32,000 nucleotides of DNA from Candidatus Woesearchaeota archaeon (GTDB lineage Archaea > Nanobdellota > Nanobdellia > Woesearchaeales > JAWAQC01). The stretch is taken from assembly GCA_046704905.1 (NCBI GenBank), contig JBJKRA010000018.1, positions 1 through 32,000 on the forward strand, in the 5' to 3' direction. The position numbers and the translations under genes are program-made. Positions 1 to 6,492 of this stretch are shown piece by piece. Within the stretch, counting starts at the first letter, position 1, and each line of letters starts with the position of its first letter. Under the pieces are notes generated by a model. It ran no database searches and was not told the origin of the DNA. It was given only the letters and a program-made list of their open reading frames with translations.

Positions 1-1010
1 ACGATGCCGCCGACGATCGCCCCGCCTACGAGACCTGCAACCGTCCCTATGACAGGGATGGTGAATGTCCCTGCCGTCGCTCCTGCCACTGCTGCGGAAG
101 CGACCGAACTCGCTATCGCAACGCCGAAACCGGCCGCAGCCCCTGTTGCAGTGGTCGTTCCTGCGGTCAATGCGAAAGAACCCCCTTCCGTCCTGTCCTT
201 GAAGATGATTGCGTAGGACTGGCCCGGCCTGATCTGGTCGTTCTGCATGTCCGTCGGGAAGTAGAGCAGGCCTCCTCCGTCGTTGATGGTCTGGAGATAG
301 CTCATCATCTGGTCCGTCCTCACGTAGCATTGCTGCTGCCCGAGGCAGCTCCAGTCCGGATAGGCGACCATGTTCGCTGGGACGTTGCTATCGAGCAGGC
401 AGCTGCCGCCGTTCTGCTCGCACTCGGGCATGCCTGAGGTCTTGCATTGGGAGGGATCAGCCTGCTGCTGGGCGGCCGTGCAGTCGATCTTGGGCTGGGT
501 CTTGGCCTTGTAGGGGGTCGTCGCCATGTAGGAGAGGAGATCGGTGAAGTAGAAAGGCTGGAAGTTGGCGTCCTTGCTGTCCGGGATGTTCGCGACGAAG
601 CAGACGAAGCAGTGGTCACTCCCTTTGACGAACACCGAACCGAGGACGTTATGGCTGACCGCGCCGCTGCCGAACTCGTACCAGCAGTCCCCGATGCGGC
701 TCGCGAGGTTCTTCATGACGTCCTTCTGCACGCTGGAATCGGTCGTGAAGCTCTTCTCCGGTACCGTGATGTTGTAGCTGCGCAGATAAAGCTTCGAGCG
801 CAGGAGATTGTATCCCCCGACAGACACCTTGAGGCTCTCCGCCGCGAAGAGCGACGCCCGCGTAAGATCAAGGCCCTGCTCGATCGTGTAGGAGCGGCTG
901 TTCGTGAAGAGCACGGCTGCGAGCAGGAAGAAGCCGACCAGGGTGAGGAGGATCTTTCCCAGGTTCGACATCTCGAACCCGCGTTTCCCCCGCAGGCGGC
1001 GCGCTCTCAT
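1..1010 (-). CDS. Cys-rich membrane protein, 3'-partial (C-terminus runs off the left edge); not in the ORF track because no stop lies in the window
   Basis: Manual reverse-strand translation from ATG 1010..1008 is open to position 1 (about 336 codons) with GC3-rich codons: MRARRLRGKRGFEMSNLGKILLTLVGFFLLAAVLF... It has an N-terminal TM helix, about 10 Cys in the middle (DCWYEF, HCFVCF, IDCTAA, SQCKTSGMPECEQNGGSC, WSCLGQQQCY) and a Gly/Ala/Thr-rich hydrophobic C-terminal region. An alternative start lies at 971. Confidence 0.6.
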   Translation of the reverse strand, partial: MRARRLRGKRGFEMSNLGKILLTLVGFFLLAAVLFTNSRSYTIEQGLDLTRASLFAAESLKVSVGGYNLLRSKLYLRSYNITVPEKSFTTDSSVQKDVMKNLASRIGDCWYEFGSGAVSHNVLGSVFVKGSDHCFVCFVANIPDSKDANFQPFYFTDLLSYMATTPYKAKTQPKIDCTAAQQQADPSQCKTSGMPECEQNGGSCLLDSNVPANMVAYPDWSCLGQQQCYVRTDQMMSYLQTINDGGGLLYFPTDMQNDQIRPGQSYAIIFKDRTEGGSFALTAGTTTATGAAAGFGVAIASSVASAAVAGATAGTFTIPVIGTVAGLVGGAIVGGI

Positions 1011-1102
1011 TGGAACCCCTTGGCGAACGAGACGATATTGTAGACCATGAGGGCGAAGAAGATGACCACGACCAGTACCCAGATGACCGTGCTCATCGCC
1101 AT
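1007..1102 (-). CDS. 31-aa single-TM micro-protein, translationally coupled (ATGA overlap) to the downstream Cys-rich membrane protein
   Basis: Manual translation gives MAMSTVIWVLVVVIFFALMVYNIVSFAKGFQ*. An AGAGGAAAGGG purine-rich site lies just upstream. Its TGA (1007-1009) overlaps the ATG (1008-1010) of the next gene, and its codons are GC3-rich. Confidence 0.35.
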   Translation of the reverse strand: MAMSTVIWVLVVVIFFALMVYNIVSFAKGFQ

Positions 1103-1135
1103 CCCTTTCCTCTGTTTTCTCATCCCGGTAGACAC

Positions 1136-1182
1136 CATATACTAATATAGGGATTAATATATCGACACTTTAAATATTTTTC
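1136..1182. promoter_or_regulatory. AT-rich divergent promoter region with TATA-like boxes for both flanking transcription units
   Basis: catatactaatatagggattaatatatcgacactttaaatattttt stands out against the GC-rich background. It sits between a minus-strand start (1102) and a plus-strand start (1248). Confidence 0.3.
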
Positions 1183-1247
1183 TGTTTCCGCTGAGAGGCA
1201 GGACGGCCATCCTGGGCGGGAATGCTGGTACCGGAGGTCCGGAGGCC

Positions 1248-1847
1248 ATGGGAAAAGTATTTATAGTACTTCCCCTACGGGATGAAGAGCGAAAAGGGCC
1301 TGTAGCGCCGGTGGGATTCCCTATGTCCGACTTCAACAAAGAGCTTTCCGGATACCTGAACAAGCGGAACGACGACGACTACCGCTTCCGTGAGCTGGTC
1401 GACTACGCCCAGATGAAGGCGGAGCGCGGGGACAAGGACGGCGAGGAGATCGTCGTCATCAAGGAGAAGAGCAATTTCCAGTTCTACCTCGACAAGACGG
1501 TCGGGAAGCTGCGCGAGGCGAAGAAGCCGGAGACGGAGGACGAGGAGGACATCAACGACGAGGAGCTCGCCGAGATGGCGGAGAAGCCCGAAGGGTTCTT
1601 CACCAACCTCTCCAACCGCATGAGAGACTTCTTCTCGCCGTCCGACGAGGTCCAGGAGGAGATGGACGAGGCGGCAGAGGAGGAGGACGGCCTCCCTGAG
1701 GACGTCAGGGAGGACTTCAGGAAGCTGACCGAGTTCACCAAGGACATCCTGACGAGGCTGCACAAGCGCGACCTCGAGCTCGTCAAGAAGGATCCGCGCT
1801 TCTCCGAGTTCAAGGAGATCCTGCAGCGCAGGAAGATCATCAAGTAG
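1248..1847 (+). CDS. Highly acidic hypothetical protein (Asp/Glu-rich, probably partly disordered)
   Basis: Track ORF of 199 aa with GC3-rich codon usage and a GGAGG about 10 nt upstream of ATG 1248. An alternative start is ATG 1323 (MSDFNKEL...). I recognise no family. Confidence 0.6.
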   Translation: MGKVFIVLPLRDEERKGPVAPVGFPMSDFNKELSGYLNKRNDDDYRFRELVDYAQMKAERGDKDGEEIVVIKEKSNFQFYLDKTVGKLREAKKPETEDEEDINDEELAEMAEKPEGFFTNLSNRMRDFFSPSDEVQEEMDEAAEEEDGLPEDVREDFRKLTEFTKDILTRLHKRDLELVKKDPRFSEFKEILQRRKIIK

Positions 1848-1886
1848 GGAAAAGTTCTTATATCCTGTAGCCACTCCCTCAGGGTA

Positions 1887-2321
1887 ATGGATCCTGCCGC
1901 GGCAAAGGGGTTCCTCGAGACGCTCGCCAACACAGAGTATAGGGCCCCGGTGCCTGAAGGCGCGCATGAGGCGGAATATGCTGTCAAGACGCCCCTCAAG
2001 CCCCTGATCGAGGAGCTCTTCGCCACCACGAAGGACGGGTTGCCCGCTTTCTCGATCAAGATAGAGGTGTTCTATGCGCTGTCCTGCACAGAGGACCGGG
2101 GCGCAAGGATCCTGCTGGACGGGCAGGAGGAAACGTGGCTCTACGACCACTTCATCAATGACCCTGTCAGGAGCGAGATCGGCGACGCCGTCGCCGCCAT
2201 AACGGACGGGAGGTACAGGCTCCTCCCGCAGACATATGTCGCCAAGAACGGCAAGACCTATCTCTCTCCTGGCGCGAGCAACGCGCTCCATTTCGAGATG
2301 GCGGTCCCGTCTCCGAAATGA
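1887..2321 (+). CDS. Hypothetical protein
   Basis: Track ORF of 144 aa with coding-like codon bias. A TATA-like cttatat (1857-1863) lies 24 nt upstream of the ATG, suggesting a leaderless mRNA. The long antisense ORF 1275..2291 has the R/L/E/V-rich composition of an antisense artefact. Confidence 0.55.
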   Translation: MDPAAAKGFLETLANTEYRAPVPEGAHEAEYAVKTPLKPLIEELFATTKDGLPAFSIKIEVFYALSCTEDRGARILLDGQEETWLYDHFINDPVRSEIGDAVAAITDGRYRLLPQTYVAKNGKTYLSPGASNALHFEMAVPSPK

Positions 2322-2328
2322 TTAAAAG
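2318..2328 (+). promoter_or_regulatory. TATA-like box for the RNase P RNA gene
   Basis: atgattaaaag lies about 26 nt upstream of the inferred P1 5' end at 2354. Confidence 0.3.
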
Positions 2329-2353
2329 CGGCCAGGGCATACCCTCCTCTCCG

Positions 2354-2674
2354 TAGGGCAAGGAGGAGGCTATCGGCGCGCATGCGCTGAGGAAAGTCCA
2401 TCCACCGTCAAAAGGCCGCTGCCGGAAGGCAGGACCCCAACAGGGTCGGCTCCCGCACAGAAACAAAACCCCCTCCCCGGAGGGATGATGAGCGCGACGC
2501 GTCGGCGCGAGCTGACGCAAGACAACCCTCTGACCGCAGAGGGGGAGGGAAGGATGAAACGGCGGCCCCGGCCGGTGCAAGTCCTTTGGGACGCGCAGTC
2601 AAATGCCTCCGCGGCGCATAGGGAAATCTCCGGATTTCCAGTACGCCGACAGAAGGTGGCTTACCCTTGCTCTA
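2354..2674 (+). ncRNA. rnpB: RNase P RNA
   Basis: The universally conserved CR-I GAGGAAAGTCC is at 2389-2399, GCACAGAAAC at 2455-2464, and the CR-V-like GACAGAAGGTGGCTTAC at 2648-2664. P4 can form (AAG[U]CCAUC with GGUGGCUU) and includes the classic bulged U. A 10-bp P1 forms between TAGGGCAAGG (2354-2363) and CCTTGCTCTA (2665-2674). The ends are approximate. Confidence 0.8.
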
Positions 2675-2684
2675 CGCTTTCTCT

Positions 2685-3362
2685 TTACCAGACCGGCTCG
2701 GGCGGATCGGCCATGTTGTAGCCGAGGTCCTCCATCATGGTGCGCAGGCCTACAGGGAGATAACGTTCTTCCCATCGGTCGAATCGATGAGGCACGGTGA
2801 AGAAGCATGCGATGTACTCGTCGATGATACGATACTGCATATTCTTGTCCATGGAGGGAAATGGGCCCTCAGAATCGAGTTCTGACAGCATCGCCGAACC
2901 GAGCGCGTCCTCCAGCTTCCAGCCGTCTGCAAAGGATTCTTCAGCCGCAGCGCGGAGACCTTGCCTCTCCTCGTCACTCAGCGACGCGAACAGGTCATGG
3001 AGGCTCTCATGCCTGAGGTGGCTGAAAGTGATAGGCGCATCGCCGAAGACAGCCACGCGGTCGAGATCCAGGCCATAGAGGGTGGAGAGCACGGAGAAGT
3101 ACTTCGTGTTCTCTGCCCATGGGTGGACCTTGCTGAGATACAGCGCAGAAGGGGCGAAGAGCAATACGGCCGGACTGCCGTTGGCGACAACATAGAACCT
3201 GCCGAAATCCTCTGGGATGAAGACGGGAAGCTTGTCCGGAATCCCGCCGGAATAGACGTCGTGCAGCGGATGACGATCGAGCGGCTCGCCGCCAGGATTC
3301 GCTACGACGGCTGCAAGGTCAAGAGAAAGCGGGCCCTTCATCAGGGTCAGGAGCTGTTGCAT
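2685..3362 (-). CDS. Hypothetical protein with one HExxH motif (HESLH)
   Basis: Track ORF of 225 aa with good codon bias. HESLH is encoded at 2997-3011. I recognise no family. Confidence 0.55.
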   Translation of the reverse strand: MQQLLTLMKGPLSLDLAAVVANPGGEPLDRHPLHDVYSGGIPDKLPVFIPEDFGRFYVVANGSPAVLLFAPSALYLSKVHPWAENTKYFSVLSTLYGLDLDRVAVFGDAPITFSHLRHESLHDLFASLSDEERQGLRAAAEESFADGWKLEDALGSAMLSELDSEGPFPSMDKNMQYRIIDEYIACFFTVPHRFDRWEERYLPVGLRTMMEDLGYNMADPPEPVW

Positions 3363-3380
3363 AGGGAAGGGTAGATAAGG

Positions 3381-3394
3381 AATCTATAAATAGG
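3381..3394 (+). promoter_or_regulatory. TATA box upstream of nadM, followed by a GAGGTGAT Shine-Dalgarno site at 3408-3415
   Basis: aatctataaatagg lies 24 nt upstream of ATG 3418. gaggtgat is 2 nt before the ATG. Confidence 0.35.
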
Positions 3395-3417
3395 TTCCTG
3401 CAAAAAGAGGTGATACC

Positions 3418-3957
3418 ATGATCGCACTGCACTGGGGAAGATTCAATCCGCCGCACAGGGGACACTTAAGTGCGATAAAGAAGATACTCTCCGAGGCGGA
3501 TGAGCTGATCATCGCCGTCGGCAGCGCAGAGGAGCGGGATACGGAGAGGAACCCCTTCGACGGCGAAGAGAGGAAGCGGATGATCGAGGCGTATCTCGCC
3601 GAGGAGGGTATGGACGCCTCAAGGGTCCGCGTGATCCCTGTCCCCGATGGGAAGTCGATAGCGGGGTCCGTGAGAAACCTTTTCTCTCTATGCGGGGATT
3701 TCGACGTGCTCTACACGGACAAGGAGAGCATCATCTCAGCCATCGGGAAGAAGGCCGCGGTCAGGAGGATACGCCGCTCCGGCACGGTCTCCTCGACGGG
3801 GGTGCGCAAGGCCATCGTCGAGGGCAGGAGCATCGCGGGGATGACAGGAAAGTCGGTCATCGCGCTCATCGAGAAGTTCGACGGCGAGAAGAGGATACGG
3901 GAAGCGTACGTCATTTCTGATGTCACTGGAGAGGGGAAAAATATGAGAAAGGCTTAA
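3418..3957 (+). CDS. nadM: Nicotinamide-nucleotide adenylyltransferase (archaeal NadM type)
   Basis: GRFNPPHRGH matches the (T/H)xGH nucleotidyltransferase motif GRxQPxHxGH. SSTGVRKAI matches the ISSTxxR motif. The length of about 179 aa and the overall pattern resemble the M. jannaschii NMNAT. Confidence 0.85.
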   Translation: MIALHWGRFNPPHRGHLSAIKKILSEADELIIAVGSAEERDTERNPFDGEERKRMIEAYLAEEGMDASRVRVIPVPDGKSIAGSVRNLFSLCGDFDVLYTDKESIISAIGKKAAVRRIRRSGTVSSTGVRKAIVEGRSIAGMTGKSVIALIEKFDGEKRIREAYVISDVTGEGKNMRKA

Positions 3958-3982
3958 ATAATCGCATCCCTACACCGACACC

Positions 3983-4414
3983 ATGTCCCATATCACGCTG
4001 GATGAGCCGGAGATACTCTATGTGCCAGCCTACCTGCAGACGGCCTCGGCACTGGAGGGCTTCGAAGAGCTCATCGAGAAAGAGCATATTGACATCCTTA
4101 TCATCGAGACGGTCATGGGGGGTTACCTCGCCACACAAGGAGAATATCCCGCAGCGCGCTTCGCCCTCAACGCCGCCAGGCATATGCCGACATTTCTCAT
4201 CCCGGAAGATACAAAAGCCGTCGATCGGCGTCCTTTCTTCTATCTGCTCGAGGACCGCGACGTCATCCCGCTGGACAATGCGTATAGTGCGATGCTGCCG
4301 GAAGTGCTCAGTCGTATGAAAACCTATTGGGCAACAGACAATATTAATTTCACCGATAAGATAAAGAAGGAGTTCCAGATGCCGGAGGAAGAGCGGTATC
4401 ACTCCGCAGAGTGA
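3983..4414 (+). CDS. Hypothetical protein
   Basis: Track ORF of 143 aa. A TATA-like gcttaaataatc (3952-3963) lies about 20 nt upstream of the ATG. No family recognised. Confidence 0.5.
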   Translation: MSHITLDEPEILYVPAYLQTASALEGFEELIEKEHIDILIIETVMGGYLATQGEYPAARFALNAARHMPTFLIPEDTKAVDRRPFFYLLEDRDVIPLDNAYSAMLPEVLSRMKTYWATDNINFTDKIKKEFQMPEEERYHSAE

Positions 4415-4429
4415 AGGGCGTCCTTATTC

Positions 4430-5356
4430 TCAGGCCTTCCCGTCGCTGCCCAGCACCTTGATCTTCTCCTTGACGGTCTGGCAGATAATATCCATGACGT
4501 CGGCGAGGATCGCCCGCGGGTCGAAGTCCTTTGGATTGCCCGCCAGGTGCGCCCGTACCCCTGCGTCGAAGGCGATGCGGAGGTCCGTGTCGGTGTTGAC
4601 CTTGCAGATGCCGGCCTTCACCGCCTTCCTCAGGTGATCGAACGACACGCCGTGCGCGTTCGCCAGGTTCGCCCCATACTTCTCCGCCTTCCTGACGAGT
4701 GACTGCGGGACAGAGGATGCGCCATGGAGGACGAGAGGGGTCTTCGGCAGGCTCGCGTCGATCTCCGCGATGCGGCGGAAGTCGAGCCTCGACGCGCCCT
4801 TGAACTTGTAGGCGCCGTGGCTCGTGCCTACGGCCACGGCGAGGGAGTCGCACCTGGTGAGCCTGACGAACGCCACCGCTTCTGTCACGCTGGTGAACAT
4901 CGCGTCCTTCTCGCTGACCTTGATGTTATCCTCGACGCCCTGGAGGCGGCCGATCTCGGCCTCGACGGGGATATGGTGCTTATGGGCGAGATCCACGACG
5001 CTTCTCGTGACCCTGACGTTCTCCTTGAACGGGAGATGGGAGGAGTCGATCATGACCGATGTATAGCCATGCTTTATGCAGGTCCTGGCCCAGGCGAGGC
5101 TCGGGCCGTGGTCCAGATGGAGCGCGACCGGGACCTTGACCTTCTTCGCCATCGTCGAGACCATCGCGTACATCTCCTCGATGCCGGCGTAATTGATAGC
5201 GCTTGTCGAGGTCTGGAGGATCACCGGTGCCTTCAGCTCTTCGGCAGCGCGGAGGATAGCCTTGGTTATCTCGAGGTCGCTCGTGTTGAACGCGCCTATG
5301 GCGTAGCCGCCCTTCTTCGCGGCAAGAAGCATCTGTTTCGTTGACGTGAGCGTCAT
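4430..5356 (-). CDS. fba: Class II (metal-dependent) fructose/tagatose-bisphosphate aldolase
   Basis: Matching segments are GYAIGAFN, PVILQTS, PVALHLDHG, VMIDSSHLPF, EAEIG, AVAVGTSHGAYKF and LVLHGASS. These are the characteristic class II FBA family pattern. GAGGTGATCG lies upstream of the ATG. Confidence 0.85.
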   Translation of the reverse strand: MTLTSTKQMLLAAKKGGYAIGAFNTSDLEITKAILRAAEELKAPVILQTSTSAINYAGIEEMYAMVSTMAKKVKVPVALHLDHGPSLAWARTCIKHGYTSVMIDSSHLPFKENVRVTRSVVDLAHKHHIPVEAEIGRLQGVEDNIKVSEKDAMFTSVTEAVAFVRLTRCDSLAVAVGTSHGAYKFKGASRLDFRRIAEIDASLPKTPLVLHGASSVPQSLVRKAEKYGANLANAHGVSFDHLRKAVKAGICKVNTDTDLRIAFDAGVRAHLAGNPKDFDPRAILADVMDIICQTVKEKIKVLGSDGKA

Positions 5357-5391
5357 GTATCGATCACCTCATTTCCGCTTTCTGGAGACGC

Positions 5392-5404
5392 GTATATAAA
5401 GATT
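5392..5404 (-). promoter_or_regulatory. TATA box upstream of fba (minus-strand AATCTTTATATAC)
   Basis: It lies 36 nt upstream of ATG 5356, with the SD GAGGTGATCG (5361-5370) between them. Confidence 0.35.
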
Positions 5405-5412
5405 GTGCAAAC

Positions 5413-6492
5413 CTATCGGAGAAGGGGCGCGAACAGGGCTTCGGCAGCGACGGTGGCGTAGGCCGATGCGGGAAGCGTGAACGAGAGCGTGACCTTCATC
5501 TTCCCCTGGTGGAGGTCGTCATCTGCCCAGGCGGCAGAAAGATCGAGCGGGATGAACAGCGGCCGCATCTTCGCCTCAGGGGTGAGCGATGGGAACTGGC
5601 GGAGGAGCAGCGAGCGCGGCGAGAGGCCGTCGTCGGCAAGGGCCTTCCCCATGGACGCGACGGCAGCGGCGTACGCCTCTCTTTCCTTCCCGTCGAGCTT
5701 CCCCATCGCCTCTTCCGCCTCCTCATCGAGATCGTGCGCGACAAGGGGGAGGGCGGCATCGAGGAAAAGCGGCTCCAGAGGATAGGCGAGCGCGATGCCG
5801 TAGGGCTGCGGGACTTCTATGCTCTTTTGCGCAAGCGTCCGGACCATCCCGGAGACCGCACGGTTCCAGAGCAGGGACTGGTAGGCGTGGACGTACATGC
5901 GAAGCATCTTTGCCGGCAGGGCGCGGAGGGCCTCGACGTACGCATGCTGCCCGACGAAACGCTCTTCGATCGCCTGGGGGTCGGTCTCCCGGACGAGCGC
6001 AATCGCCTCACGAAAATCGCCTTGGAGCACGGAGCGGCCGATATCGGCGTTCTTTTTCGAGAAGCGCTGGGTGCCGAAGTAGTTGGGATTGGAAGAAAGG
6101 TCTATGGGAAATTCTCCTACGATGTCGCGCGCGACGATGGTGAAGCGGTTGCCTTCGTGGGCGCCGAGATTTAGACGCTCGTCGGACTGGCCGAGATAAT
6201 GCAGCGAGCAGTCGCCGAGGTCGAGGTCTCTCCTGCGGCCAGGGGATAGGCCGTTGACGGAGATGTGCTGGACGGTCGCTGCACGCCGGTCCTTTGTGCC
6301 CGCGTAGTTTATGCGGCCCGCAGGGACATCAAAGGCGGAAGCGGCCTTCCCTATGGCCATCCTCGTCGTGAGGTCCCTCTTCTTCAGGAGGAAGTAGGCG
6401 TACCTGCCCTGACCAGAAAGCTTCGGAGAGAAGATCTCCTCGACGAGGAAATCCTCAGGAAGCTCTTTTAGCGTATAGGCAGCAGGCGCCAT
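5413..6492 (-). CDS. truD: tRNA pseudouridine(13) synthase TruD/Pus7 family
   Basis: The N-terminal PEDFLVEEI and the catalytic YAGTKDRRA motif (GxKDxxA) are present. The start codon overlaps the leuS stop by 1 nt (TGATG). Confidence 0.85.
   Translation of the reverse strand: MAPAAYTLKELPEDFLVEEIFSPKLSGQGRYAYFLLKKRDLTTRMAIGKAASAFDVPAGRINYAGTKDRRAATVQHISVNGLSPGRRRDLDLGDCSLHYLGQSDERLNLGAHEGNRFTIVARDIVGEFPIDLSSNPNYFGTQRFSKKNADIGRSVLQGDFREAIALVRETDPQAIEERFVGQHAYVEALRALPAKMLRMYVHAYQSLLWNRAVSGMVRTLAQKSIEVPQPYGIALAYPLEPLFLDAALPLVAHDLDEEAEEAMGKLDGKEREAYAAAVASMGKALADDGLSPRSLLLRQFPSLTPEAKMRPLFIPLDLSAAWADDDLHQGKMKVTLSFTLPASAYATVAAEALFAPLLR

Noticed and set aside
962-979. A perfect 7-bp inverted repeat, GGTTCGA-CATC-TCGAACC, that superficially resembles a tRNA T-arm.
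   Set aside because: There is no surrounding cloverleaf. It lies inside the coding sequence near the start of the Cys-rich protein. It is kept only as a possible local mRNA hairpin, noted under the left-edge finding.
447-1043. The plus-strand ORFs 447..1043, 565..777 and 4..216, and the minus-strand ORF 320..619, at the left edge.
   Set aside because: All overlap the open minus-strand frame (1..1010), which has proper codon bias, a TM helix and a structured Cys-rich domain. The track lacks the real gene only because its stop is outside the window.
1275-2291. A 338-aa minus-strand ORF spanning two plus-strand genes and their intergenic promoter.
   Set aside because: It runs through the TATA-containing spacer at 1848-1886 and has antisense-type composition. 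The plus-strand genes have better codon bias and proper start contexts.
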